A stretch of 64,000 nt of DNA from Bacteroidales bacterium (GCA_028282585.1 JANQHR010000034.1:18068-82067); one strand, 5' to 3'. Positions 26,423 through 37,197 are shown, counted from the stretch's first letter. The notes: generated by a model from the sequence alone, not told the origin. Numbers and translations are program-made.

Positions 26423-28720
26423 ATGAAAAAACTGATCTTAATCTTATCATTAATAACTTCAGCGATACTTTCAAAATCTCAAATCGGTGTTGGAGAATGG
26501 AGAGATCATCTACCATTTACTTTTTCTGAGTTAATAACTGAATCATCAACTAAAATTTATGTAGCTTCTGAAAATGGAATCTTTTCTTACAATAAACAAG
26601 ATAAAAATGTTGAAAAGCTTACCAAAGTAAACTTACTTTCAGATGTTGGAATTTCTTCAATCAGGTATTCAGAAGAAAATCAGGTTTTGGCAGTTGGATA
26701 CTCCAATGGGAATCTGGATTTAATATATGGTAATGAAACATTCAATTTATCCGATATTAAGCGGGAGATGATAAGCGGGAGCAAAGTAATAAACGATATT
26801 TTGTTTATAAATGAATATGCTTATTTATCATGTGGATTTGGAATTGTTGTGGTTAATGTTGATAAGCGGGAAATAAAGGACACATATTACATTGGAAATT
26901 TAGGAAGTTTAATTCAGGTTAACCAAACGGTAATTGATGAAACTTATTTATATGCAGCAACCAATGAAGGGATTTATGTTGCAGATTATACAAATCCAAA
27001 CCTGAGTGATTATTCCAATTGGCAAAGAATAACTGCTATACCAAATTATACTTCATCTTTTAATTCAATTTATGTTAGTGGAGGTGATATTTTAGTAAAC
27101 CAGGCAGATGGTTCTTTTAATGATGTAATATATTCAAATTTAGATGGAAGTTGGGATATTTTTAATAATGAGTTTGAATCAATAAGAAAGATTAAGGAAT
27201 CAGGTTCTTCAATTGTGATTGTAACCGATAAAAGTTTACTTAAATATAATAGTAGTTTCATTTTTCAGGATTCAATCGGGAAAAGCACTATTAATTTTTT
27301 TGACCCATATGATATGATTGAAAGTACAAATGGAACGTATTATATTGCTGATCATGGACAAGGATTAATTATTCACAGTTCAAATAATACTGAAATTGTT
27401 TTACCAAATGCTCCTTATTTCCCTAATGCTTATTCTGTAGAATCAGATAATAACAGAGTTTTAGTAACTGCAGGAGCATTAACTCCTAACTGGAATAACT
27501 TTTTTTTGAATGGTGCGGTTTTTTCATTTGAAAATGAACGATGGAAATCTATTGTAGATTTTTCAGCAGCAGATTATGTTTCTGTAAAAATCGATCCATA
27601 TAATAGTAATCATTTCTACATTGGTGCGTGGGGCAAGGGTGTTTTTGAATATAGAGATGATGTTTTGGAAGAAAATTATCAAAGCGATAATAGTACTTTA
27701 CGGTCAATAATCGAAGGAGAGAACCTATATCGAATCAAGGGATTGGATTTTGATGACAATAATAATCTATGGGTAACCAATTCGGAAGTTGAAAACCCGG
27801 TTTCGGTTAAGCAAAGTGGTTGTAGTGGTATTGATTGCTGGTATAGCTTTAATTTTGACGAAAAGATAAGTAATATAATAGTCGGTGATATTATAGTTAC
27901 TCAATCTGACCACAAATGGGTAATGTTGCCTTTAGGTGGAGGATTATTTGTATTTGATGATAATGGAACCCTTGAGAATGAAAATGATGATTTAACAAAG
28001 AAATTTAGCATAGTTGATGAAAATGGAAAAGTAATTTCAAATAATGTTTATTCTTTTGCGGAAGATCTTGATGGAAATATTTGGGTTGGCACTGATCAGG
28101 GAATAGTGGTTTATTATGTACCGGAAAATGTATTTGAATCTTCATTGTTTTATGCGCAAAGAATTGTACTAACTATTGGAGAGGTAACGCAATATTTACT
28201 TAATTCGGAAACCATAACATCGATAGCTGTTGATGGCGCAAATAGGAAATGGTTAGGAACGCAAAGCTCCGGTGTTTATTTGGTTTCAGAAGATGGCACA
28301 GAAGAAATCAATCACTTTACGGAGGATAACAGCCCATTACTTTCAGATAAGATCAATGATGTAGGAATAAATCATGAAACCGGAGAGGTATTTTTTGCTA
28401 CAGACAAAGGGTTAATTTCGTATAGAGGCTCTGCAACTATGGGAAGTGATGAATTTCGAGATGTGTATGTTTATCCGAACCCTGTTCGTGAAAACTACGA
28501 TGGTGACGTTACAATACGCGGTTTAGTATCAGACGTAAATGTAAAAATTACTGATATTAGCGGAAACATTGTTTATGAAACAACAGCAGAGGGTGGTCAG
28601 GCAACCTGGGATGGTAAGAACTTTTCGGGTCAGCGTGTAAGTACAGGCGTTTACCTTGTATTTTGTTCCAATGATGATGGATCAAAAACTTATGTAACAA
28701 AATTGCTTTTTATTAAATAA
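26423..28720 (+). CDS. porZ: T9SS component PorZ
   Basis: GEWRDHLP N-terminus, propeller repeats, VDGANRKWLGT, CTD VYPNPVR..GVYLV..KLLFIK; rdgB-porZ-recO gene order. Confidence 0.88.
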   Translation: MKKLILILSLITSAILSKSQIGVGEWRDHLPFTFSELITESSTKIYVASENGIFSYNKQDKNVEKLTKVNLLSDVGISSIRYSEENQVLAVGYSNGNLDLIYGNETFNLSDIKREMISGSKVINDILFINEYAYLSCGFGIVVVNVDKREIKDTYYIGNLGSLIQVNQTVIDETYLYAATNEGIYVADYTNPNLSDYSNWQRITAIPNYTSSFNSIYVSGGDILVNQADGSFNDVIYSNLDGSWDIFNNEFESIRKIKESGSSIVIVTDKSLLKYNSSFIFQDSIGKSTINFFDPYDMIESTNGTYYIADHGQGLIIHSSNNTEIVLPNAPYFPNAYSVESDNNRVLVTAGALTPNWNNFFLNGAVFSFENERWKSIVDFSAADYVSVKIDPYNSNHFYIGAWGKGVFEYRDDVLEENYQSDNSTLRSIIEGENLYRIKGLDFDDNNNLWVTNSEVENPVSVKQSGCSGIDCWYSFNFDEKISNIIVGDIIVTQSDHKWVMLPLGGGLFVFDDNGTLENENDDLTKKFSIVDENGKVISNNVYSFAEDLDGNIWVGTDQGIVVYYVPENVFESSLFYAQRIVLTIGEVTQYLLNSETITSIAVDGANRKWLGTQSSGVYLVSEDGTEEINHFTEDNSPLLSDKINDVGINHETGEVFFATDKGLISYRGSATMGSDEFRDVYVYPNPVRENYDGDVTIRGLVSDVNVKITDISGNIVYETTAEGGQATWDGKNFSGQRVSTGVYLVFCSNDDGSKTYVTKLLFIK

Positions 28721-28736
28721 AATTACCTTTAATTCA

Positions 28737-29462
28737 ATGCTTCATAAAACAAGAGGTATAGTTTTAAATTATATAAAGTATTCCGAATCAAGTTTAATTG
28801 TTACCATTTACACCGAACTTTATGGCAGGCAATCTTTTATTGTGCAAGGGGTTCGAGGCAAAAAGTCAAAGATTAAGGCAAACCTTTTTCAGCCTTTGTT
28901 TTTACTCGATATGGAAGTTTATCATAAACCAAAAAGAGACTTACAACGAGCAAAAGAAATCCAAAATGCATATATCTTTACCAGTTTACCTTATGATTTA
29001 AAAAAAAGTACTTTAGCAATATTTATTGCTGAAATATTATATAAAACCATCCAGGAGCAAGAGCCCAATAGTGAATTGTTTAATTATTTATTTAATTCAA
29101 TCCAATTGCTTGATCTAAAGGAAAAAGGAACTTCAAATTTTCATATTTACTTTCTAATTCATTTAACAAAATATCTTGGATTCTTTCCAAACAACAACTA
29201 TTCAGCGATTAACTGTTATTTTGATCTAAAAGCAGGTAATTTTGTGCAAATAAAACCAATGCATTTTTCAGTGCTTGAAAGAGAAGCTAGTAAGATTTTA
29301 AGTCGATTGTTGATATTCTCTGACAATCAGCATGAAGAATTAATCATAGATTATAAAATAAGGATTCAACTGTTAGAAAAAATAATAGAGTATTTTACAT
29401 TACATAATGAGGGGATTTCAGGTATTAAATCGTTAGAAGTTTTAAAAGAAGTATTTCATTAA
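28737..29462 (+). CDS. recO: DNA repair protein RecO
   Basis: KTRGIVL..KYSESSLIVTIYTELYGR, LTKYLGFFP, KSLEVLKEVF. Confidence 0.95.
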   Translation: MLHKTRGIVLNYIKYSESSLIVTIYTELYGRQSFIVQGVRGKKSKIKANLFQPLFLLDMEVYHKPKRDLQRAKEIQNAYIFTSLPYDLKKSTLAIFIAEILYKTIQEQEPNSELFNYLFNSIQLLDLKEKGTSNFHIYFLIHLTKYLGFFPNNNYSAINCYFDLKAGNFVQIKPMHFSVLEREASKILSRLLIFSDNQHEELIIDYKIRIQLLEKIIEYFTLHNEGISGIKSLEVLKEVFH

Positions 29463-29688
29463 TCAAGATAATATTAAGTTTAATACGTTGGTTTTGTATG
29501 TTAACCAAACTTAAAGTTTAAATTAATCTCCGACCAACTAAAACAATATAAATTTACTTAGTTAAAGTATTCAATTACAATTTAGCATAATCATACTAAA
29601 TGATTGAAAAAATCGTTAGTGCTGATTGAACACACTTTTAAAATAAAGATATTTTTATACATTTGCGTTTCATTTTGAGAAATGAATT

Positions 29689-30828
29689 ATGATAAAAGAG
29701 AAGCTGTCTATTATAGGGAAAGATATTTACACTGTTATTTCAGAGTTGGTACAGGATACTGAAATTATTAATTTAGCAAAAATTTCGCCTCATATACCAT
29801 GTTCCACAAAGCTAACGGATTTGGCTTCAAAATATATCAAGAAAAAATCTACAGAATATTCTCATCCTGACGGATTATTGGAATTGCGAGAAGCCGTTGC
29901 TAATGACCTGGAAAAAAGATACGGTGTACAAATTAGTAGTCAAAATGAGATCACAATTACAGCCGGAGCAACCCAGGCAATGTACACTGCTATTAGTAGT
30001 TTTGTTAAAGAAGGTGATGAGGTAGTTTTATTTGAACCAGCTTTTAATAGTTATGTACCTGCAATTCAAAGCAATGGCGGTCGACCTGTTTTTGTTCATC
30101 GAAAAAGTCCCGATTATTCAATTGATTGGGAAGCTGTTCAAAAATTAATTAATACGCGAACTAAACTAATCATTGTAAATACACCTCATAATCCTACTGG
30201 TGCTATATTTACTAATGAAGATATTGCTCAACTAAGGAAAATAACAAATGGAACTAAAATAAATGTTATTAGTGACGAGATATTTGAGCATATGGTTTAT
30301 GATGGAAGTAAGCATGTAAGTGTACTTTCAAATGAACAATTGGCAGAACGAAGTATAGTTATTTCTTCATTCGGAATTTCATTTAATGTTCCGGGATGGA
30401 AGATTGGATATTGCGTTGCTTCCGAAGATTTAATGGTGAAAATTCGAAAAAATCAACGATTTCAGGTAAATACTGTAAATACTCCTTTACAATATGCGCT
30501 TACCGATTATCTTAACGAGTCAGTAGATTATGAAACCATAAGTAAGCAGTTCGAAGAAAAAAGAAATTTTGTTAATAATATATTAAAAGATTCCAGGTTC
30601 GAAATTATTCCTTCAAAGGGAACATTCTATCAGCTATTAGGTTATAGCCAAATAAGTGAGGAAAAAGACACCGAGTTTGCTCGCAAAATTATGGATGAAT
30701 ATGGAGTAGCATTATTTCCGTTATCAGTATTTTATCATGATTCAATTGACCATAAAATTCTGGGATTTAGCTTTGCACGAGATGAGAAGATTTTATCTAA
30801 AGCAGCAAAGCAATTGCTTAAAATTTAA
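29689..30828 (+). CDS. class I/II aminotransferase homolog (YbdL-like) lacking the PLP-binding Lys
   Basis: ITAGATQA, NTPHNPTG, SDEIF present; SFGISF where SFGKTF is expected. Confidence 0.85.
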   Translation: MIKEKLSIIGKDIYTVISELVQDTEIINLAKISPHIPCSTKLTDLASKYIKKKSTEYSHPDGLLELREAVANDLEKRYGVQISSQNEITITAGATQAMYTAISSFVKEGDEVVLFEPAFNSYVPAIQSNGGRPVFVHRKSPDYSIDWEAVQKLINTRTKLIIVNTPHNPTGAIFTNEDIAQLRKITNGTKINVISDEIFEHMVYDGSKHVSVLSNEQLAERSIVISSFGISFNVPGWKIGYCVASEDLMVKIRKNQRFQVNTVNTPLQYALTDYLNESVDYETISKQFEEKRNFVNNILKDSRFEIIPSKGTFYQLLGYSQISEEKDTEFARKIMDEYGVALFPLSVFYHDSIDHKILGFSFARDEKILSKAAKQLLKI

Positions 30829-30871
30829 AAGAATTAAAGATTTAATTGGGTTTTTTCCCAGATTTATAATA

Positions 30872-30900
30872 AAAACCAAATATTGATTATATTTGGTTTT
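30872..30900. promoter_or_regulatory. 12-bp inverted repeat overlapping a candidate -7 element upstream of the GH3 gene
   Basis: AAAACCAAATAT-TGATT-ATATTTGGTTTT containing TATATTTG. Confidence 0.5.
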
Positions 30901-30936
30901 GTGTTTTTATATGTCGGATCCTGAAGAATAAATCTA

Positions 30937-32454
30937 ATGCAAATTATAAATTCCATAGTTACCTGGCTTAATTTTAAACGATTATATCAAATCGATTTAT
31001 TTAAGAAATTTCCTTTTGATGCACAACGAGAAGTAATTTTTGGATTGGTAGATAAAGCAAAAAAAACGGAATTTGGTGAAAAATACGATTTTAAATCTAT
31101 TGATAGCATCCAGAAATTTCAAGAAAGAATACCTGTTCATACTTACGAAGAGATCAAACCATATATAGATCGGTTGTTAAAGGGAAAACAAAATGTTTTA
31201 TGGCCATCAGAAATTAAATGGTTTGCAAAATCATCCGGTACAACAAATGACAAAAGTAAATTTATCCCCGTTTCGAGAGAAACATTGGAAGATGCTCATT
31301 TTCGCGGAGGAAAAGATATTTTAGCAATTTATACAAACAACTATCCTGAAACCAACTTGTTTAAAGGTAAAGGTTTAACTCTGGGTGGAAGCCATCAAAT
31401 AAATAAAATAAACAATGAATCATTTTATGGTGATTTATCTGCAATTTTAATTGAAAATTTACCTTTTTGGACTTATTTCATTAAAACTCCAAGTCAGGAA
31501 ATTGCGTTGTTAAGTGAATGGGAAGAAAAAATGGAAAAAATTGCCAACGCCACATTAAAGGAAAATGTTACTAGTTTGGCAGGTGTTCCTTCATGGATGT
31601 TGGTTCTGATTCGTTATATTCTTGAAAAAACTGGTAAGAATAATTTATTGGAAATTTGGCCTAATCTGGAGCTTTTTACGCATGGTGGAGTTAGCTTTGA
31701 GCCATATCGGGAACAATATCAAAAATTGATTCCAACCGAAAAAATGAATTACCTTGAAACGTATAATGCTTCTGAAGGATTTTTCGCAATACAAGACAGA
31801 CCGGAAAGTAATGATATGCTTTTAATGTTGGATTATGGTATTTTTTACGAATTTATTCCGTCCGCAGATATTGATAAAGCAAATCCAAAAATATTGCATA
31901 TTGATGAGGTAGAATTAAACAAAAACTATGCTATATTAATTACTACCAATTCCGGATTATGGCGCTACATGATAGGTGATACGGTAACTTTCACATCATT
32001 ATATCCACACAAAATAAAAATAAGCGGTAGGACAAAACATTTTATCAATGCTTTTGGTGAGGAGGTAATTATTGATAACGCGCAAAAGGCACTTGCTGAG
32101 GCATGTAGTCAAACAGGAGCTTTAATAAAAGATTACACTGCTGCACCAATTTTTATGGAGGAAGGTAAAAAGGGAGGACACCAGTGGTTAATTGAATTTG
32201 ACAATTTACCTAATGACCTGGAGAAATTTACTTATATCTTAGATGTAACTTTACAAAAAGTAAACTCAGATTACGAAGCAAAGCGATACAAAAATATAAC
32301 ATTAGATAAACCTGAACTAACAGTTGCTAAAACAAACCTATTTTACAACTGGCTTAAATCAAAAGGTAAAATTGGCGGGCAAAATAAAGTTCCTCGTCTT
32401 GCAAATAACAGGAAATATATAGATGAGTTGCTAGTCCTTAATAAAAATCTCTAA
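30937..32454 (+). CDS. GH3 auxin-responsive promoter family protein (acyl-adenylate-forming)
   Basis: FAKSSGTT, ETYNASEGF, GLWRYMIGD, GGQNKVPRL. Confidence 0.93.
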   Translation: MQIINSIVTWLNFKRLYQIDLFKKFPFDAQREVIFGLVDKAKKTEFGEKYDFKSIDSIQKFQERIPVHTYEEIKPYIDRLLKGKQNVLWPSEIKWFAKSSGTTNDKSKFIPVSRETLEDAHFRGGKDILAIYTNNYPETNLFKGKGLTLGGSHQINKINNESFYGDLSAILIENLPFWTYFIKTPSQEIALLSEWEEKMEKIANATLKENVTSLAGVPSWMLVLIRYILEKTGKNNLLEIWPNLELFTHGGVSFEPYREQYQKLIPTEKMNYLETYNASEGFFAIQDRPESNDMLLMLDYGIFYEFIPSADIDKANPKILHIDEVELNKNYAILITTNSGLWRYMIGDTVTFTSLYPHKIKISGRTKHFINAFGEEVIIDNAQKALAEACSQTGALIKDYTAAPIFMEEGKKGGHQWLIEFDNLPNDLEKFTYILDVTLQKVNSDYEAKRYKNITLDKPELTVAKTNLFYNWLKSKGKIGGQNKVPRLANNRKYIDELLVLNKNL

Positions 32455-32462
32455 TCTCACTT

Positions 32463-33266
32463 ATGCTTTTATCTTTAATTCTGTCCATACTGATAAATGC
32501 TGTTTCTTTGGTTCAACAAGCAGAGATAAAATTACAACTAGAAATAAATATTAATGCCGAGAGTTTTACAGTTGATCCTTTAGGATACCTTTATGTCATA
32601 AATGGTACACAAATAAAAAAAATCGATCTAAAAACAAATAAAGAAAAGAATTTTAGTACCGCCCTTTCAGGAAAAATACATTCAATTGATGTTTCCGACC
32701 CTTTCAGAACATTACTTTTTTATAAAGATTTTAACCGGATTGAGTGGTTAGATAAGAATCTGTCTTCAATTGTAAGTTCTGTTTCATTAGATGATTTAGG
32801 ATATTTTCAGGTTGCAGCGGTTTGTCATTCTGTTAACGGAGGATTTTGGTTATTTGATCAAAGTTTACATCAGATAGTTTATGTCGATAAAAACCTGAAA
32901 ATAGTTAATAAAAGTACACAACTATCGGAGATGATCGATCAAAATTCGGATATGGATCAGATATATATGCTGGAAAAAAATGACTATATTTATCTGGGTA
33001 TAAATAGTAAAGAGATATTGTTGTTCGATAGTTATGGTACGTATATCAAAACTTTCCCAATAAATTATAAAGAAAAATTTCAGGTAAATAATGGTACCAT
33101 AATCTACTATCATGGTGAAAGTTTACGTTTTTATAATACAAATAGCTATACGGAAGAAAAGATAACATTACAGCAACAAAATATTGAGCAGATTATATTA
33201 GAGAATAAAAGAGTTTTTATACAGACCGAAGAGAAAATTTCTATTTATCAACCAATTAATTTCTAA
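32463..33266 (+). CDS. hypothetical exported protein
   Basis: hydrophobic N-terminus; beta-rich; IDVSDPFRTLLFYKDF; operonic spacing. Confidence 0.7.
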   Translation: MLLSLILSILINAVSLVQQAEIKLQLEININAESFTVDPLGYLYVINGTQIKKIDLKTNKEKNFSTALSGKIHSIDVSDPFRTLLFYKDFNRIEWLDKNLSSIVSSVSLDDLGYFQVAAVCHSVNGGFWLFDQSLHQIVYVDKNLKIVNKSTQLSEMIDQNSDMDQIYMLEKNDYIYLGINSKEILLFDSYGTYIKTFPINYKEKFQVNNGTIIYYHGESLRFYNTNSYTEEKITLQQQNIEQIILENKRVFIQTEEKISIYQPINF

Positions 33267-33277
33267 AGAATAAGGTA

Positions 33278-33523
33278 GTGAAAAAGAGAGTAATTGAAAA
33301 AGATAAAAACCTTAAAAGGGTACATCGCAAATCTATTTTGTTTAATAAAAGGGAAATTCAGGCTATAGATCACTATTGTAAAAGATATAAAATCAGGAAT
33401 AAATCGAAATTTATGCGTGAGATGATCATTACCTCTGTTTTAAAAAAGTTTGACGAGGATTATCCTTCACTATTTGAGAAAAAACCTACTTTATTTAACC
33501 AGAATTTGAAAAGAAAAATTTAG
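33278..33523 (+). CDS. small basic hypothetical protein
   Basis: GTG start, basic, YCKRYKIRNKSKFMRE..DEDYPSLF; tight spacing on both sides. Confidence 0.75.
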   Translation: MKKRVIEKDKNLKRVHRKSILFNKREIQAIDHYCKRYKIRNKSKFMREMIITSVLKKFDEDYPSLFEKKPTLFNQNLKRKI

Positions 33524-33526
33524 CAT

Positions 33527-34168
33527 ATGACAAAAGATAACTCAAATGGAGCAATGCATATTGCAATTGCAGGAAATATAGGCTCAGGAAAAACTACCCT
33601 GGCAGGGTTGTTATCAAAGCACTACAACTGGCAGGCACATTTTGAAGATGTTGATGATAATCCATATCTGAATGATTTTTATGAAGATATGCAACGTTGG
33701 TCATTTAACCTGCAGGTTTATTTTTTAAATAGTCGATTAAATCAAATATTAAAGATCCGGAAATCAGGTAAAACGGTAGTTCAGGATAGAACTATATATG
33801 AAGATGCTTACATATTTGCACCCAACCTGCATTCTATGGGGTTAATGTCAACTCGTGATTTCGAAAATTATTTTACTCTTTTTAATTTAATGACATCGCT
33901 TATTCAACCACCGGATCTGTTGATTTATTTAAGAGCTACAGTGCCGACTTTAGTAAATCAAATTCAGAAAAGAGGACGTGAATATGAGAATTCTATCCGG
34001 TTAGATTATCTCAAAAGATTAAATGAAAGATACGAAGCCTGGATAGGAACTTACAACCTCGGAAAATTATTAATAATAGATGTGGATAATTTGAACTTTA
34101 CAGAAGTGAAAGAAGATTTAAGCAGTATTATTAGTAAAATCGATGCAGAAATTCATGGTTTATTTTAA
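33527..34168 (+). CDS. deoxynucleoside kinase
   Basis: IAGNIGSGKTT, QDRTIYED, IQKRGREYE. Confidence 0.94.
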   Translation: MTKDNSNGAMHIAIAGNIGSGKTTLAGLLSKHYNWQAHFEDVDDNPYLNDFYEDMQRWSFNLQVYFLNSRLNQILKIRKSGKTVVQDRTIYEDAYIFAPNLHSMGLMSTRDFENYFTLFNLMTSLIQPPDLLIYLRATVPTLVNQIQKRGREYENSIRLDYLKRLNERYEAWIGTYNLGKLLIIDVDNLNFTEVKEDLSSIISKIDAEIHGLF

Positions 34169-34188
34169 ATACCCGTTTATAAATGAAA

Positions 34189-34211
34189 ATGGCCAGAAAA
34201 TTTCTGACCAT
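34189..34211. terminator. hairpin between convergent genes
   Basis: ATGGCCAGAAA/TTTCTGACCAT. Confidence 0.45.
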
Positions 34212-34235
34212 GTATATTTTATAATTGGTTGAAAA

Positions 34236-35426
34236 TTATTTTAATACGCCTAATTCTTTACCTACCTTGGTAAATGCAGTAACTGCTTTATCCAGATGTT
34301 CTTTTTCGTGTCCTGCAGAAATCTGAACTCGTATTCTTGCTTGCTCTTTCGGAACAACCGGATAATAGAATCCAATTACATAAATACCTTCCTCAAGTAG
34401 TTTTGCTGCAAAATCTTGAGATAACTTAGCATCGTATAACATAACGGCTAAAATTGCAGATTCACTAGGTTTAATATCAAAACCGGCTGCAATCATTTTT
34501 TCCTTAAAATATTTAGTATTATTCACTAATTTATCATGCAGATCATTCGATTCTTCAAGCATTTTGAAAACTTCTATACCTGCAGCCGCAACTGAAGGAG
34601 GAATTGAATTAGAAAATAAATATGGACGAGAACGTTGGCGTAACATATCAATTATCTCTTTACGTCCTGTTGTGAACCCTCCTATTGCACCACCAAATGC
34701 TTTACCTAAAGTACCGGTAATGATATCAATTTTTCCTTTTAAATTATATAACTCCGAAACACCTTTTCCTGTTTCTCCAACTACTCCGGCAGAGTGACAT
34801 TCGTCAACCATAACTAAAGCATCGTATTGTTCTGCCAGCTCACAGATTTTATCCATTGGAGCAACATGCCCGTCCATTGAGAAAACACCATCGGTTACGA
34901 TAATTCTATATCGATGAGTTTGAGCAACTTTTAGTTGATCTTCAAGATCTTCCATGTCAGCTGATTCGTAACGAAAACGATGAGCTTTACATAATCTTAC
35001 TCCATCAATTATTGAAGCATGATTAAGTGTATCAGAAATAATTGCATCCTCACTGGTTAAAAGAGGTTCGAAAACACCACCATTTGCATCAAAACAAGCT
35101 GCATATAAAATAGTATCTTCTGTTCCAAAATAATCAGCAATTCTTCGTTCAAGTTCTTTATGCAAGTCTTGTGTTCCGCAAATAAATCGAACTGATGACA
35201 TACCATAACCATGAGTGTCTAACGCATTTTTTGCAGCTTCAATTAATCTGGGATGGTTTGATAATCCAAGATAATTATTTGCGCAAAAGTTTAATACATC
35301 TTGTCCAGTATTCACTTTAATATCAGCTTTTTGAGGACTTACAATGATACGTTCTTTCTTATAGAGTCCGGCATTTTCAATTGCCTCCAATTCAGCTTTT
35401 AAGTGATCTTTAATTTTTCCGTACAT
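34236..35426 (-). CDS. kbl: glycine C-acetyltransferase (2-amino-3-ketobutyrate CoA ligase)
   Basis: NFCANNYLGL, SSVRFICGTQ, NHASIIDG, GTLGKA, RQRSRPYLFSN, ARIRVQISA; start moved to ATG 35426 (MYGKIK). Confidence 0.95.
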   Translation of the reverse strand: MYGKIKDHLKAELEAIENAGLYKKERIIVSPQKADIKVNTGQDVLNFCANNYLGLSNHPRLIEAAKNALDTHGYGMSSVRFICGTQDLHKELERRIADYFGTEDTILYAACFDANGGVFEPLLTSEDAIISDTLNHASIIDGVRLCKAHRFRYESADMEDLEDQLKVAQTHRYRIIVTDGVFSMDGHVAPMDKICELAEQYDALVMVDECHSAGVVGETGKGVSELYNLKGKIDIITGTLGKAFGGAIGGFTTGRKEIIDMLRQRSRPYLFSNSIPPSVAAAGIEVFKMLEESNDLHDKLVNNTKYFKEKMIAAGFDIKPSESAILAVMLYDAKLSQDFAAKLLEEGIYVIGFYYPVVPKEQARIRVQISAGHEKEHLDKAVTAFTKVGKELGVLK

Positions 35427-35692
35427 GATACCCTTGTGTTTTAAGTTTTTTAAACAGATTATATATTGATTGTCTGTATGATCAAATCGGCGCAAATGTA
35501 ATGTAAAAATCAAGAATTCTTTAGGACATTTCTCATGTTTTAGATCATTATTACCATTGCATTTAAAGCTATGTTTTAGTTGCTTATAATACAATTGCTT
35601 ATAGTATTTGTTTATTAATTTTTTAAGCTCACGAAATTAAATATTTAAATAGTTAGATTTTTTTTATCTTAGTACAGCTAAAATATCTACCT

Positions 35693-37168
35693 ATGAAAAC
35701 CCAAAACGATGTTATAATTATTGGTGCCGGTATAATGGGTGCCACTATGGGTATTATGATGAAGAAATTGATGCCCGAATCGAAAATCACCATTTATGAA
35801 AAATTAAACCAAGTTGCTGCTGAAAGTTCCGATTCATGGAATAATGCGGGAACAGGTCATTCGGCTTTCTGTGAGTTGAATTATACTCCTCAACAAAAAG
35901 ATGGTTCAATTAACATTGACAAGGCTCTAACAATTGCTTCTTCTTTTGAAATTTCCCGACAGTTCTGGGCCTATCTGAAAGAAGAGAATGTATTAATCGA
36001 ACCTTTTATCAAAACAGTTCCTCATATGAGTTTTGTGTGGGGTGAGGATAATATTAAATTTCTTCGAAAGCGCCATGAAGCCATGACTAAATATGCTCTT
36101 TTTGAAGACATGAAATATTCTGAAGATTTCGATGAAGTTGCAGGTTGGGTTCCGATGATGATGAAAGGGAGAGATAGAAATGAACGTATGGGAGTAACCC
36201 GAATGCAAGCGGGAACAGATGTTAATTTTGATGTAATTACAAAAGGTATGATCGCCTTTCTTGAAAAAACTGATGGAGTTGAAGTTTGCTTAAACCATCA
36301 GGTTAAAAAGCTAAAAAAGCAAAATGACGGAAGTTGGAACATCAAGGTAAAAGATAGAAATACTGGTAAAATAAAAATTACTAATACAAAGTTTGTATTT
36401 ATTGGGGCCGGTGGCGGTTCATTACCATTATTACAAAAATCAGGAATTAAAGAGGGAAAAGGATATGGAGGATTTCCGGTAAGTGGTAAGTTTATGAAAT
36501 GTATGAATCCTGAAGTAATTAAAGATCACAAAGCTAAGGTTTACGGTAAGGCTGCAGAAGGTTCTCCACCAATGTCTATGCCTCATTTGGATGAGCGAAG
36601 AATAAATGGAGAAGGTTCATTATTGTTTGGTCCGTATGCAGGAATGTCGATGAAATTCTTGAAAACTGGATCAGGATTAGATTTAACTAAATCATTGAGA
36701 TTTAATAATATTCGCCCAATGTTGGCTGTTGCAAAAAATGAATTTGGTTTGATCAAATATTTAGTAGGTCAGGTGATGCAATCAAAAACAGATCGATTTA
36801 AGTTCCTTAAATTGTATTTCCCTGAAGCAAAAGAAAAAGATTGGGAATTGTATACAGCCGGACAAAGAGTACAAATTATGAAGAAGGATAAAGAAAAGGG
36901 TGGAGTATTAAAATTAGGTACTGAAATAATCAACAGCGCAGATGGCACTTTAGCTGCTTTACTAGGGGCTTCGCCAGGAGCATCGACTGCTGTAACCACT
37001 ATGTTTGAGGTATTAGAAAAGTGTTTTGCTGATGAAATGGCATCAGGAAATTGGAAAGAAAAGTTAGCAGAGATGATTCCAAGTTACGGAAAGTCTTTAA
37101 TCGACGATGCGGAACTTTGCAGATCAACCAGAAAGGCAACTGCAAAGGTTTTGGATCTTGATGAATAA
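35693..37168 (+). CDS. mqo: malate:quinone oxidoreductase
   Basis: GAGIMGAT, WNNAGTGHSAFCELNYT, PPMSMPHLD, AGQRVQ, LLGASPGAS. Confidence 0.97.
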   Translation: MKTQNDVIIIGAGIMGATMGIMMKKLMPESKITIYEKLNQVAAESSDSWNNAGTGHSAFCELNYTPQQKDGSINIDKALTIASSFEISRQFWAYLKEENVLIEPFIKTVPHMSFVWGEDNIKFLRKRHEAMTKYALFEDMKYSEDFDEVAGWVPMMMKGRDRNERMGVTRMQAGTDVNFDVITKGMIAFLEKTDGVEVCLNHQVKKLKKQNDGSWNIKVKDRNTGKIKITNTKFVFIGAGGGSLPLLQKSGIKEGKGYGGFPVSGKFMKCMNPEVIKDHKAKVYGKAAEGSPPMSMPHLDERRINGEGSLLFGPYAGMSMKFLKTGSGLDLTKSLRFNNIRPMLAVAKNEFGLIKYLVGQVMQSKTDRFKFLKLYFPEAKEKDWELYTAGQRVQIMKKDKEKGGVLKLGTEIINSADGTLAALLGASPGASTAVTTMFEVLEKCFADEMASGNWKEKLAEMIPSYGKSLIDDAELCRSTRKATAKVLDLDE

Positions 37169-37197
37169 ATAACTCAACTCGAAATTATATTAAGCAA

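Noticed and set aside
25797-29462. rdgB-porZ-recO juxtaposition as a novel DNA-repair/secretion link
   Set aside because: This gene order is common in Bacteroidota and does not by itself imply a functional link.
35427-35594. 56-aa N-terminal extension of kbl in the ORF track
   Set aside because: Kbl homology starts at MYGKIK (35426); the extension is AT-rich intergenic DNA.
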